Positions 51,669-62,081 of a stretch of DNA of 64,000 bases are shown piece by piece. Positions within the stretch are counted from its first letter, which is position 1; each line of letters opens with the position of its first letter. A program made the translations under genes and the position numbers. The stretch lies in the NCBI GenBank assembly GCA_963740085.1, contig CAVUCU010000001.1, positions 224,001-288,000 on the forward strand, written 5' to 3'. The notes beneath the pieces are model-generated. The model made no database searches and was not told the origin of the DNA. It saw nothing but the letters and a program-made list of their open reading frames with translations. This DNA comes from Nitrospirota bacterium (lineage in GTDB: Bacteria; Nitrospirota; UBA9217).

Positions 51669-52718
51669 ATGCCATCCCTCGCGCTCATCAAAGACGACCG
51701 CTATTTGGAGCACAACCCCGGCGACGGCCATCCCGAGAGCCCGGACCGGCTGCGCGTGATCCACGAGCTCATTGACCGGGAATTCAGCGGCCTGCCGCTC
51801 ATCCCGCCCCGTCTCGCAACAGCGAGCGAGCTCGCCCTGGTGCACGACCCCATTTATATTCGAACCGTCGCGAATACCGAAGGGAGAATGCACTCCCGGC
51901 TCGATCCTGATACCGGTCTTTCCGCGCGGTCCTACGAGATCGCACGCCTTGCGGCCGGCGGCCTGCTCCAGGGAGTGGATGCCCTTCTCCAGACTCCGAA
52001 CTCCGAACTCCACGCTCCGAACTCTATCTTCGCCTTCGTCCGCCCCCCCGGTCACCATGCCGAGCCTGATCGCGGCATGGGTTTCTGCCTCTTCAACAAT
52101 GTGGCGATTGCCGCGGCGTACGCAAAGAAAAAATACGGATTGAGAAGGATCTTGATCGTGGACTGGGACCTGCATCACGGCAACGGCACTCAGCGCGCGT
52201 TCTATGACGATCCGAGTGTTCTTTTTTTCTCCTCCCACCAGTACCCGTACTATCCGGGCAGCGGCGGTTTCAGCGAGGCCGGGAACGGCAAGGGAGCGGG
52301 CTTCACGGTGAACGCGCCTTTCCCCAGGGGATTCGGCGACGCGGAGTACCTCTCTGTGTATTCTAAAATACTGGAACCCATCGCGCTCGAGTATCTGCCT
52401 GAACTTATCCTGGTATCCGCCGGTTTCGACCCCTTCGTGAAGGACCCGCTGGGAGGGATGAAAGTGACCGCGGAAGGCTTCGGCGCTCTCGCCGGACTGG
52501 TACAGGATATCGCGCGCCGGGCCTGTGACGGCAAGGTCCTGATCACGCTCGAAGGCGGGTACGATCCCGAAGGCCTGCGGGACGGGGTGCGTGCCGTTCT
52601 CCAAACCTTGCTCGGCCGGCCCGCCCCTAAGCCGGTGAACGCCCCGTCTGCAGACGTCGATGGAGTGATCGAGCGGATCGTCAGCGTACATAAAAAATAC
52701 TGGAAGTGCCTGAAATAA
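51669..52718 (+). CDS. Histone deacetylase family amidohydrolase
   Basis: HPESPDRL, RPPGHHA, GFCLFNN, DWDLHHGNGTQ, SAGFD, LEGGY. Confidence 0.95.
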   Translation: MPSLALIKDDRYLEHNPGDGHPESPDRLRVIHELIDREFSGLPLIPPRLATASELALVHDPIYIRTVANTEGRMHSRLDPDTGLSARSYEIARLAAGGLLQGVDALLQTPNSELHAPNSIFAFVRPPGHHAEPDRGMGFCLFNNVAIAAAYAKKKYGLRRILIVDWDLHHGNGTQRAFYDDPSVLFFSSHQYPYYPGSGGFSEAGNGKGAGFTVNAPFPRGFGDAEYLSVYSKILEPIALEYLPELILVSAGFDPFVKDPLGGMKVTAEGFGALAGLVQDIARRACDGKVLITLEGGYDPEGLRDGVRAVLQTLLGRPAPKPVNAPSADVDGVIERIVSVHKKYWKCLK

Positions 52719-52816
52719 CATCCCCGATCACACCGGAACACGACACCTGAAGATCCCCTCAGTGTATACCATACGTTTTGTTGACTTGAGTCTCTTTCTT
52801 CTGGTATTATAACCGC

Positions 52817-54007
52817 ATGGCATTTTTCACCTATAAAGCCGTGCGCGAAGACGGCACCTCGGTCATTGAGGAGGCCATGGCGGCGGATGCCGAGGAACTC
52901 AGAAAAGAGCTTGAGGGCCGTGGTTACCTGATACTGAGTCTTGAGAAAAAACGCCCGTCCCTGCAGCGCGGCCGCGGAAGCACGAAAAATTTCCTCATTT
53001 TCAACCAGGAGTTCTCCACGCTCATAAAGGCGGGGCTGCCCATCCTTCAGGCGATCGAACTATTGCACAAGCGGACGGAACACTCGGGGTTCCGGATCAC
53101 CCTCGAGAGCCTCATCCACGACATCAAGGGCGGGTTGGCGCTCTCGGACGCCATGGCCCGGCACCCGGCATACTTCTCTCCCCTTTACACCTCCACGGTG
53201 CGAGCGGGCGAAAAAAGCGGCGCACTCGTCGAAGTGCTGAAACGCTTCATCGCGTATCAGAAGAGAATGATCGCCGTGCTGAGCAAGTTGAAGATGGCGC
53301 TTGCCTATCCGATCTTTCTGGTCATCGCGCTGATAGCGGTTCTCCTGCTCTTCTTCCTCTATATCATCCCGAACTTCACTCAGATGTACAGCGACCAGGC
53401 CGGTTCGCTCCCCTTTTTGACCTCGATGCTCGTGGCATTCACTTCAGCGCTTACCCGCTACGCGCCGTTTCTCTTTGTCGGTCTCCTGGGCGCGGGTGCC
53501 GGAATATACCTCTGGCAGAAGACGGACAAGGGCAAAGAGACGATCGACGGCCTGAAGCTCAAAATACCGTTTGTCAGGTCGCTCATGGTGCAGTACCTGC
53601 TCGCGCAGATCACGCGGACCCTCGCCACGGTGCTCCGGGGCGGTATCCCGCTGGTGCAGGCCCTCGACACCACCGCCGGGGTGATCAGCAACAGGGTCAT
53701 GGCGCGGCAATTGGCGGAGTCCAGGGCGCTCGTAACCGAGGGCGTGAGCCTTGCTGATGCGTTCGAGCGCACCAAACTCGCGCCGGATATGACCATCCGC
53801 ATGATCACCGTGGGAGAGTCGTCGGGAGATCTTCCGCAGATGCTTGAGGACGTGGCGGACTTCTACGACCAGGAGGTCGAGAACAGACTGACGGTGCTCA
53901 CTACCATGATCGAGCCGGTGTTGATGCTGACTATGGGGCTTGTGATGGCGGTCATCGTGGTGGCTCTTTACCTCCCGATATTCGAAATGGGGGCGCGACT
54001 CAAATGA
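52817..54007 (+). CDS. Type II secretion/T4P inner-membrane platform protein (GspF/PilC)
   Basis: Two T2SSF repeats (AGEKSG, VGESSG); IEP..YLPIF C-terminus. Confidence 0.92.
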   Translation: MAFFTYKAVREDGTSVIEEAMAADAEELRKELEGRGYLILSLEKKRPSLQRGRGSTKNFLIFNQEFSTLIKAGLPILQAIELLHKRTEHSGFRITLESLIHDIKGGLALSDAMARHPAYFSPLYTSTVRAGEKSGALVEVLKRFIAYQKRMIAVLSKLKMALAYPIFLVIALIAVLLLFFLYIIPNFTQMYSDQAGSLPFLTSMLVAFTSALTRYAPFLFVGLLGAGAGIYLWQKTDKGKETIDGLKLKIPFVRSLMVQYLLAQITRTLATVLRGGIPLVQALDTTAGVISNRVMARQLAESRALVTEGVSLADAFERTKLAPDMTIRMITVGESSGDLPQMLEDVADFYDQEVENRLTVLTTMIEPVLMLTMGLVMAVIVVALYLPIFEMGARLK

Positions 54008-55728
54008 CATCGTCCAGAAGAAAACGGATCTGCGAGATCATTGTGGCGAAGGGCGTGGTGACCCAGGAGCGGATCAACGAGATCCTGCTCAGGGCTGACG
54101 GTCGCCAGAAGCGCATTGGCGAGCGTTTGATGAACGAAGGTCTGATCACCGAAGAGGTCCTGGCCCAGGCGCTGGCGGAGCAGCGAGACCTGCGCTACAC
54201 CGACCTCATGGACTTCCGCGTCACGCCGAAGTTCTTTGAGACCATCCCCGTGGAGCTGATGCAACGCTATCAGTTCATCCCGATTGAAGTGGCCGATGAA
54301 ACGCTCATCGTTGCCATGAGCGATCCCAACAACCTTCCTGCAATTGACGAGCTCGAAATGATCCTGAACCGGCAGATCGAGATCCGCGTGAGCACACCCT
54401 CGGCCATTCAGGCCGTCCTGAAGCGAAGCGGCAGCTCGGAGCAGGTGATGCACGCGGTCTCCGAGGATTTCAAGCTCCACATCGTCAAGGAACAGGAGAA
54501 CGGCGAGGGAGAGGAGGTCCTGTCGATCGAGAGCATTGACAAGGACGAGAGCCCGATCATCAAGCTCATGCATACGACCATCTTCGACGCCATCCAGCGC
54601 CGGGCGAGCGACATCCACATCGAATCCACGGACAAGAATGTTCTGATAAAATATCGCATCGACGGCGTGCTCTATCCCGCGACCGAGCCCATCGACATCA
54701 AGTTCCACAGCGCCATGGTTTCCCGCATCAAGGTCATGAGCGACCTCGATATCGCCGAGCGCCGGGTGCCGCAGGACGGCAGGTTCAAGCTCCGTACAGG
54801 CGGCAAGACGATAGATTTTCGCGTTTCGATCCTGCCCTCCGCCTTCGGGGAGGACGTTGTCATCCGTATCCTTGACAAGGAGTCCATCGCCGCCGGGGTC
54901 AACACGCTCCGGCTCGACAGCCTCGGGTTCGACGAAGACGACCTGCGCAGGTTCCGGAAAAGCATCCGGGAGCCCTACGGCATGGTTCTCGTTACCGGAC
55001 CGACCGGGAGCGGCAAGACCACGACCCTGTACGCCGCCCTGACGGAGATCAATACCGGCGAGGACAAGTTCATCACCATCGAGGACCCGGTTGAGTACCA
55101 GCTCGGGGGTGTCGTGCAGATCCCGGTGAACGAGAAAAAAGGCCTCACCTTCGCGCGCGGGCTCCGCTCCATTCTCCGGCACGACCCGGACAAGATCATG
55201 GTCGGCGAGATACGCGACGCCGAGACCGGCCAGATCGCGGTGCAGTCAGCCCTCACCGGGCACCTGGTCTTCACCACCGTGCATGCGAACAACGCCTTCG
55301 ACGTGCTCGGCCGCTTCCTGAACATGGGCATCGAACCCTACAACTTTGTTTCATCGCTCAACTGCATCCTGGCGCAGCGGCTCGTGAGGATCCTCTGCCC
55401 CCGGTGCAAAAAACCGGTCAGGCTCTCCCGAAAAGAGTTCGAGGAATCAGCGCTGGACTACGAAAAGCACAGGGACCGGCCGTTCTTTGATGCCGCGGGA
55501 TGCAAGGAATGCAATTACTCCGGATTCCGGGGCAGGCAGGCCATCACGGAATTCCTCGACCTCTCCGACCACGTCAGGGAAATGATCCTCAATAAACGTC
55601 CGTCGTCGGAGATTAGAAAGGCCGCCATGGCGGAAGGCATGACCAGTCTCCGCCAGTCAGCCATCTTAAAGATCCTTGCCGGTACGACGACCTTGAAGGA
55701 GATCAACCGGGTAACGTTTATAGAATAG
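54004..55728 (+). CDS. GspE/PilB family secretion ATPase
   Basis: ASDIHIE, GPTGSGKTTT, TIEDPVE, LRHDPD, CPRC..CKEC. Confidence 0.95.
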   Translation: MTSSRRKRICEIIVAKGVVTQERINEILLRADGRQKRIGERLMNEGLITEEVLAQALAEQRDLRYTDLMDFRVTPKFFETIPVELMQRYQFIPIEVADETLIVAMSDPNNLPAIDELEMILNRQIEIRVSTPSAIQAVLKRSGSSEQVMHAVSEDFKLHIVKEQENGEGEEVLSIESIDKDESPIIKLMHTTIFDAIQRRASDIHIESTDKNVLIKYRIDGVLYPATEPIDIKFHSAMVSRIKVMSDLDIAERRVPQDGRFKLRTGGKTIDFRVSILPSAFGEDVVIRILDKESIAAGVNTLRLDSLGFDEDDLRRFRKSIREPYGMVLVTGPTGSGKTTTLYAALTEINTGEDKFITIEDPVEYQLGGVVQIPVNEKKGLTFARGLRSILRHDPDKIMVGEIRDAETGQIAVQSALTGHLVFTTVHANNAFDVLGRFLNMGIEPYNFVSSLNCILAQRLVRILCPRCKKPVRLSRKEFEESALDYEKHRDRPFFDAAGCKECNYSGFRGRQAITEFLDLSDHVREMILNKRPSSEIRKAAMAEGMTSLRQSAILKILAGTTTLKEINRVTFIE

Positions 55729-55737
55729 AAGATTCGA

Positions 55738-57093
55738 ATGACTACGTTTCTCTTAAAAAATAAGATCATTCTTGTATCCCCGGTGCTGCTTTGTCTCTTC
55801 ATGGTTCCCGTCTCACCGCTCAGTGCCGCTCCGTCTGCTGCCAATGCCTCCCCCTCCCTGATGCTGATCGGAGACCTCAACGAGACGCCCCAAACAGCTA
55901 TTGTCTGTAATCCCCTGGTGATCAAGTACGACGTTAAGAACGCTGGCACGGTCCCCGTGCCATCAGGTAAACTCGAGATCGAGATCAAGGCAGCAGATTC
56001 AGGCCAGTCGGTCTTTGCACGGAATCTCCCCCTCACCGCGGACGTCGGTTCGGTCACGATCGAACAGGTGACCTTTCCCCAAGGCGCCTATACAATTCTC
56101 CTGAAGGCAGCGGTCATGACCCAGGAGCACGGGATCGGCCCCGAGTTCACGCTCGCCGAACAGGAGCTGACAGTGTCCGCCCCGATCGTGGTAATAAAAA
56201 GCAGCGACGCAATCCCCCGCGTCCTTCTCTGGATCGACCGGAACGATACCGCGGTGCAGCAGGCATTTGCCGCGAAGATCGTGAAGCAGGCATTTGAAGG
56301 AGACGACGTGTATTACGGGACCGTGGACTCGGAGGAGGATTTCACGGACCGGGCGATGAGCGGGGAATTCAATACGCTCGTGCTGTTCGAAACCGATGTA
56401 CTTCCCGAACGGACTGACTGGCTGATGGACCGCATCTCACGCGGCCAAGGGCTGGTGATCATCGGATCTGAAGACAGGACCAGAATGATCGCGGAGATCT
56501 TCGGCTTCAGGTTCAGAGAGGCGCCGCCCGCAGCGGGCACGATGCTCCTGCTTACCGATAAATCGGGGATGGGGCTCTCGGGCACGATCGCGGTAAGCGG
56601 ACGGCTCCTGCAGCCTCAGAAGAAAAGCGCGAAGGTAGCGGCCCTGTTTGCCGGAGACAAAAAGCCTGCAATGCTCATTGATGAGGTTGGGAAGGGACAG
56701 GTGATCGTGATGCCCTTTTCCTTCACTCGCTCGGCGCTTGATACGGGGTCGACCTCGATTTACAGCCTGTTGCTCCGCACCGCCGTCCGTATCGCTGCGC
56801 CGGAGAACGGCGAACAGACCGGCGTATCCTCGATAGAGCTTCTCGTTTCAGCGCCCTCGGGTCCGATAAGGACACGCATCGTTGAAACGTTGCCCCCGGA
56901 GACCAGGGTCATCTGGATGAACGCCAGGGGGATTGAGCAGAACAATACCATACTCTACGATCTGTCCGCAGACAAAGAACCGAAGAAACTCCTCTCCCTG
57001 TATCGGATTCCGGCCGGCAGCAACACCCCGGCCTTCACGGACGTGTTCTTCGAATGCAACGGGAAGCTCATGAGACAGGGAAAGATAGAATGA
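55738..57093 (+). CDS. Hypothetical exported protein (Ig/CARDB-like N-terminus)
   Basis: Signal peptide; YDVKNAG beta-rich region; lies within the T2SS cluster. Confidence 0.6.
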   Translation: MTTFLLKNKIILVSPVLLCLFMVPVSPLSAAPSAANASPSLMLIGDLNETPQTAIVCNPLVIKYDVKNAGTVPVPSGKLEIEIKAADSGQSVFARNLPLTADVGSVTIEQVTFPQGAYTILLKAAVMTQEHGIGPEFTLAEQELTVSAPIVVIKSSDAIPRVLLWIDRNDTAVQQAFAAKIVKQAFEGDDVYYGTVDSEEDFTDRAMSGEFNTLVLFETDVLPERTDWLMDRISRGQGLVIIGSEDRTRMIAEIFGFRFREAPPAAGTMLLLTDKSGMGLSGTIAVSGRLLQPQKKSAKVAALFAGDKKPAMLIDEVGKGQVIVMPFSFTRSALDTGSTSIYSLLLRTAVRIAAPENGEQTGVSSIELLVSAPSGPIRTRIVETLPPETRVIWMNARGIEQNNTILYDLSADKEPKKLLSLYRIPAGSNTPAFTDVFFECNGKLMRQGKIE

Positions 57094-57761
57094 ACACGCA
57101 TATGGCAAAGAGCATCGGGCACAGGAAAACGCGTTGCGCCCGAGGACCCGCCCCCGGTTTCGCCTACATCGCGCTGCTCGTGGCGATCATCATCATCGGG
57201 ATCAGTCTTGGCGCGGCAGGTAAATACTGGAGCAACGTGGTGCTCCGGGACAAGGAGGCAGAGCTGATCTTTCGGGGTGAACAGTACCGGCAGGCCATCG
57301 ATCAGTATTATTATGCCCTTCCCGGCAGACAACAGTATCCCGAGAGCATCGACGAACTGCTCCACGACAGCCGGTCCCCGGAAGGCAGGCGTCATCTGCG
57401 CCAAAAATATAAAGACCCGATCACCGGTGAAGATTTCGTGGAAATAAGAGATCCCCTCACCAGACGCATCGTCGGCGTGCGAAGCTCCAGCGACAAAGAG
57501 CCCCTCAAACAGGCGAATTTTCCGGCAACGGTTCGGGTTCCCAACTCGGCAGGCGCCTATCCTTATCCGGCATATGTATCTCCAAATGATGCGCAATCAG
57601 ATGATGCCGGTTCAGGCGGGGCTAAATACAGTGATTGGTTGTTTTATACCGCTATCACGCCGACGCGGCAACTGAATATCCCCGGTCAACCGGTTATCCC
57701 CGGTCAACCGGTTATCCCTGGTCAACCGGTTATCCCTGGTTTTCTTCCGCCACAAAAATAA
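57090..57761 (+). CDS. Minor pseudopilin-like protein with C-terminal IPGQPV repeats
   Basis: PG|FAYIALLVAIII prepilin-like signal; RHLRQKYKDPITG; 18-bp coding repeat x3 at about 57677-57740. Confidence 0.8.
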   Translation: MNTHMAKSIGHRKTRCARGPAPGFAYIALLVAIIIIGISLGAAGKYWSNVVLRDKEAELIFRGEQYRQAIDQYYYALPGRQQYPESIDELLHDSRSPEGRRHLRQKYKDPITGEDFVEIRDPLTRRIVGVRSSSDKEPLKQANFPATVRVPNSAGAYPYPAYVSPNDAQSDDAGSGGAKYSDWLFYTAITPTRQLNIPGQPVIPGQPVIPGQPVIPGFLPPQK

Positions 57762-57807
57762 TTTTTTCCTGCCCCGAAAAACCGTGTTGCCCTCATTCCG
57801 CGAAATA

Positions 57808-58566
57808 TCATAGATCGCCTGTCATCGAATACCATCTTAAGCTGAGATGTTCCGCCAGAGCAAGAGAAGACGTATCCAAATTGCCTTCAGAAGGAATAAA
57901 TGAATAAAGCGTAAGCTGTCTCTGTTCGTTCCTGAACCCAGCCGGGGCCGGTACCACATCAAGGCCCTGCTTCCGGAACAATGCAACCGATCGTTTCATG
58001 TGATATGCGGAGGTCACCAGAATGATACGGCTTCCATCGAGCATTGCCTTTACTGCCCGTGCGCTCTCCAGGGTATTTCGGGACTTATTTTCAATAAGCA
58101 TATCCTTTTCCGGAATACCAAGGTCCACTGCTGTCCGTGCCATGGCCTCCGCATCAGACAGATGCGTTTGAGCAGGCTCGCCGGATCCCCCGCTGAGCAG
58201 GACAGGGATATGAAGCGCACGGTACAGTTTGACGGCTTCGACCACGCGCTGAATCGAGGCTGCACCCGGCTCCGGCCCGAGTCCGAGCCAGGAACGATCG
58301 CGGACCCCGCCGCCGAGCACCACAATGACGTCGGCATTCACAAACTTCAGGTTCACGGGCAGGAAGCCCCTCTCCAGGGGCGCGATCAGTGCGGAGGCCA
58401 CGGGGCTGATGCTCAATCCGTATAACAAAAGAAAACCAGCGGCGATGAATAAGCGGCCGAGATTACGACGAAAGCGGACCAGCAGGAACCCGAACAGCAT
58501 CAGGATCAGAATGCCCGCCGGAGGCAGGATAAGACGCTGCAGTATTTTTAGAAACTTAAACCCCAC
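57808..58566 (-). CDS. YdcF/ElyC (DUF218) family protein
   Basis: IVVLGGG, LSGG, ENKSRNTLESA, LVTSAYHMKRS. Confidence 0.9.
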   Translation of the reverse strand: MGFKFLKILQRLILPPAGILILMLFGFLLVRFRRNLGRLFIAAGFLLLYGLSISPVASALIAPLERGFLPVNLKFVNADVIVVLGGGVRDRSWLGLGPEPGAASIQRVVEAVKLYRALHIPVLLSGGSGEPAQTHLSDAEAMARTAVDLGIPEKDMLIENKSRNTLESARAVKAMLDGSRIILVTSAYHMKRSVALFRKQGLDVVPAPAGFRNEQRQLTLYSFIPSEGNLDTSSLALAEHLSLRWYSMTGDL

Positions 58567-58590
58567 GAGTTCCTGTCCTTTCTATTTTAT

Positions 58591-61158
58591 TCATGACTTG
58601 CCTAAAGCGGACTGACCGTGACGAGCGCTCATGGCCTTCAGGACCTCGAACCACAGTACGCTCACTACGCCTGCGGTAACGCAAATGAAGATATCGAGCG
58701 GATGGAGGACCGAGAACCGGAAAAGGTCCCGAAGCACCGGAACGTATAATGCCAGACTCAGGATCACGACCGCACCGCCGGTGACCCACCAGAGCGAGGC
58801 ATTCGGCGAACGCAGCGTGGCGAGGACAGTGCGCGACCAGGAGCGGTTCACAAAGATCAGTCCCAGGTTGGCGATGATGAGCGTGGTAAAGGTCAGTGCC
58901 CGGGAGTCCGCCTCGCTTTGGCCGCGTTTGAGCGAAATTACGTACACCAGCAAGAGCATAGCAAGCACGCTCATACCCTGAAGCAGGCTCAGGAAAATGG
59001 TCCGTTTACCGAACAACGGAGCATCGGGCCGGCGCGGAGGACGGGTCATCACGTCCGCTTCCTCGGGTTCGGCCTCGAACACCACGGAACACGCCGGATC
59101 GATGATGAGCTCAAGGAACACGATGTGCACGGGCAAGAGCACGAGCGGCCACGTGAACAACACCGGTATGAGCGACATGCCCGCGATCGGCACATGCACG
59201 GCGAAGATGTAGGCAACGGCCTTCTTGAGATTGTCGAAGATCCTGCGTCCCACGCGCACGGCCTGCACGACGGACGAAAAATCGTCGTCGAGCAGCACGA
59301 GCGCAGAGGCCTCACGCGCCACATCCGTACCGCGTCCTCCCATGGCAATGCCGATGTGCGCGGACTTGAGCGCAGGCGCATCGTTCACCCCGTCACCGGT
59401 CATGGCCACTACCTCGCCGACGGCCTTGAGCGCGTTCACGATCCTGAGCTTCTGCTCGGGAACGACACGGGCGAAAATGTTCACGGTCCGGATACGGTCC
59501 CGAAGCCGCTCCTCGTCCATACCGTCGAGCTCCGGCCCGGTGATGATCTGATCGATGTCCTGAAGACCGATCTGACCCGCGATGTTCGCGGCCGTTCCCG
59601 GGTAATCGCCCGTTATCATCACGATCCGGATGCCCGCAGTATGACATTCCCTGACCGCCTCGGCCACGCCGGGCCGTACGGGATCGGCAAGACCCACGAG
59701 CCCCACGAACTCGAAGGTGAAGTCGTGCTGTTCTCCGGGAAGGTCGGTGACCGAGAAATAGGCCTTGGCCACGCCGAGGATGCGCAAACCTTCATTCGCC
59801 ATGATCTCGATGGCGCTGGAGATCTCCTGCTTCCGGGATGCGTCGCAATGGCACAGGTCCGCGACCGCCTCGGGAGATCCCTTGGCCGCGATCACATACT
59901 CATTGCTCTTGGGGGACTTCCAGACATGGGACAGCGCGAGCAGGCTGTTCGATAAGGGATATTCCCGGATGAGCGTCCAGTCGTCATGGAGATGTTCGGT
60001 GCGGGCAAGATAATGAATGCCCAGCTCCTTGAACGCTTTTTCCATTGGATCGAACGGGTCCCTCTGACTTGCCAGGATGCTGAACTCTACCGCCTCATGG
60101 AAGTGCTCGGGGATGGACTTTTCAATGAGATAATCCACATCGTAGAAAGCGCCGCGTGAGTATATGGTCTTGACCGACATCCGGTTCTGTGTGATCGTCC
60201 CGGTCTTGTCCACGCAGATCACCGTGGCCGCCCCCAGCGTCTCTACAGCCGGTACACGGCGGGTGAGCACGCGCTTTTGGGAGATGCGCCAGGCGCCCAG
60301 GGCGAGGAAGATCGTGAGCACGACGGGAAATTCCTCGGGCAACAAGGCCATGGCGAGTGTGATCCCGGCGAGGAATCCGTTCAGCCAGTTGCCTCTCGTG
60401 AACCCGTACACGATGACCACAAGCGCGCACATGAAGAGTCCGATGAACGCCAGATTGCGAACGATCTTTCCGGTCTCCTTCTGAAGCGGCGTTTCCTCGA
60501 TCTCAACGCTCTGGAGCGCCTTTCCGATCTTGCCCATCTCGGTATTCACTCCAACAGCCAATACCGTTGCGATCCCCTGCCCTTTGACCACGAGCGTTCC
60601 GGAATATACAAAGGGCAGATCGTCACCACCTGGACGGGCCATCGCGGGTATCTCGTCGCACGAGGTCTTGCGGACCGATACGGATTCTCCGGTCAAGAGC
60701 GCTTCGTCGAGCGAGAGATTGGTGCAGGACAGGACCGCGGCATCGGCAGGCACGCGGTCGCCTTCGTTCAGAACGATGACGTCTCCCCTCGCCACCTCTC
60801 GACCGGCAATGCGTTTTTGCCTGCCATCCCGGATGACCAGGGCGCGCGGGCTCGACAGGTCACGCAGCGCTTCAAGGGCACGTTCTGTCTTTCGCTCCTG
60901 GTAAAGGGTGATTCCCACGACCGCGAATACGAAGCCGAGCAGCATGATCGCTTCCCGCACGTCGCCGAGTATGAGATAGATCGTCCCGCAGGCAACGAGG
61001 AGCAGGAACATGGGCTCGCGAACCACATCGAAGGCGATGGCAAAGATGCTGCGCTGCTTTGATGAAGGCAGTTCGTTGAATCCCTCGCGCCTGAGCCGTT
61101 CTGCCGCTTCCTGCTCAGAAAGGCCCGTGATTGCATTGATATCGAAGAGCGTGATCAA
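58591..61158 (-). CDS. Cation-translocating P-type ATPase (P2-like); TTG start inferred
   Basis: TGES, PEEFP, DKTGT, TGDGVNDAPAL. Confidence 0.93.
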   Translation of the reverse strand: MITLFDINAITGLSEQEAAERLRREGFNELPSSKQRSIFAIAFDVVREPMFLLLVACGTIYLILGDVREAIMLLGFVFAVVGITLYQERKTERALEALRDLSSPRALVIRDGRQKRIAGREVARGDVIVLNEGDRVPADAAVLSCTNLSLDEALLTGESVSVRKTSCDEIPAMARPGGDDLPFVYSGTLVVKGQGIATVLAVGVNTEMGKIGKALQSVEIEETPLQKETGKIVRNLAFIGLFMCALVVIVYGFTRGNWLNGFLAGITLAMALLPEEFPVVLTIFLALGAWRISQKRVLTRRVPAVETLGAATVICVDKTGTITQNRMSVKTIYSRGAFYDVDYLIEKSIPEHFHEAVEFSILASQRDPFDPMEKAFKELGIHYLARTEHLHDDWTLIREYPLSNSLLALSHVWKSPKSNEYVIAAKGSPEAVADLCHCDASRKQEISSAIEIMANEGLRILGVAKAYFSVTDLPGEQHDFTFEFVGLVGLADPVRPGVAEAVRECHTAGIRIVMITGDYPGTAANIAGQIGLQDIDQIITGPELDGMDEERLRDRIRTVNIFARVVPEQKLRIVNALKAVGEVVAMTGDGVNDAPALKSAHIGIAMGGRGTDVAREASALVLLDDDFSSVVQAVRVGRRIFDNLKKAVAYIFAVHVPIAGMSLIPVLFTWPLVLLPVHIVFLELIIDPACSVVFEAEPEEADVMTRPPRRPDAPLFGKRTIFLSLLQGMSVLAMLLLVYVISLKRGQSEADSRALTFTTLIIANLGLIFVNRSWSRTVLATLRSPNASLWWVTGGAVVILSLALYVPVLRDLFRFSVLHPLDIFICVTAGVVSVLWFEVLKAMSARHGQSALGKS

Positions 61159-61414
61159 ATGAGGTTCCTTCGTGGAAATGGAGATTTTTTTTTGTTCAAA
61201 GTATACCGAAACCCCGCTGGATTGAAAAGGTAATTCTGCGGCATTCCTTTCAGGAAATGCTGGCCGCCGGATGCTGGTCAAGATTTGCTGTTGGAAACAT
61301 GCTTTTTGTGATATAGTTGCCCGGTAGCGGGGTCCCAACAACATGGTTGCTCAATCCGCTTTATTTTTGTATAATATCCTTTCGATCTTAAAACCCTTAT
61401 GAACGGAGGGCGTT

Positions 61415-61909
61415 ATGTCTATTGACCATGATGATGGCAAGCATATAAAATCCACAATAGGATTCGAGATGCTTGTCCGAGATGTGATGACCAAAGGGGT
61501 CATCTCTATTTCTAAATATGAACCCGTCATAAAGGTTGCGGACATCTTGAACGAGAAGAACATAAGCGGTCTTCCGGTCGTGGATAAGAATTACCGGGTG
61601 ATCGGCATTATAACTCAAGCCGACATTCTCTCCATGATCGGCGTGAGCAGAGAGCATACGTTCAAGGACCTGTTAAAACACATACTGGGAGAAACGCTGC
61701 CTGAACGCCGGATGGGAGACCATGTCGGAGACATTATGACGTCCCCTGCTCTCACCATAAAGCCTGATGCGAATATTGCCGAAGCGGTGCGGATCATGGA
61801 CGAAAAAAAGATCAGAAGACTGACCGTCGCGGATGAAAATGAAACTCTCATCGGGATCATTACGAGGGCCGATATTCTGAAGGCTGTCATCAACAAAATA
61901 AGGTCTTAG
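61415..61909 (+). CDS. CBS-domain pair protein
   Basis: VRDVMT..ISGLPVVD..GIIT; VGDIMT..IRRL.V..GIITRADI. Confidence 0.9.
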   Translation: MSIDHDDGKHIKSTIGFEMLVRDVMTKGVISISKYEPVIKVADILNEKNISGLPVVDKNYRVIGIITQADILSMIGVSREHTFKDLLKHILGETLPERRMGDHVGDIMTSPALTIKPDANIAEAVRIMDEKKIRRLTVADENETLIGIITRADILKAVINKIRS

Positions 61910-61950
61910 TCAGTTACAAATCAAATTCTTCTATAAATGGCAAGGAATTT

Positions 61951-62051
61951 AACCGCTAAGGCGCAAAGGTCGCGAAGGAAGGCAAAAGTTTTCTAATTGT
62001 TTAAAACTAAGAACAAAAGGTTTTCTTGGCGTTCCTCGCGTCTTCGCGGTT
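61951..62051. repeat. Inverted-repeat element with 9-nt periodic arms
   Basis: AACCGCTAAGGCGCAAAGGTCGCGAAG ... CTTGGCGTTCCTCGCGTCTTCGCGGTT around an AT-rich spacer. Confidence 0.7.
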
Positions 62052-62081
62052 CCAATTGAGCGCCAGTTTGTCCAGGTTAAG

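Noticed and set aside
47644-55182. Long antisense ORFs (47644-48714, 51618-52721, 53968-55182)
   Set aside because: Shadow frames of GC-rich genes with clear homologs on the opposite strand
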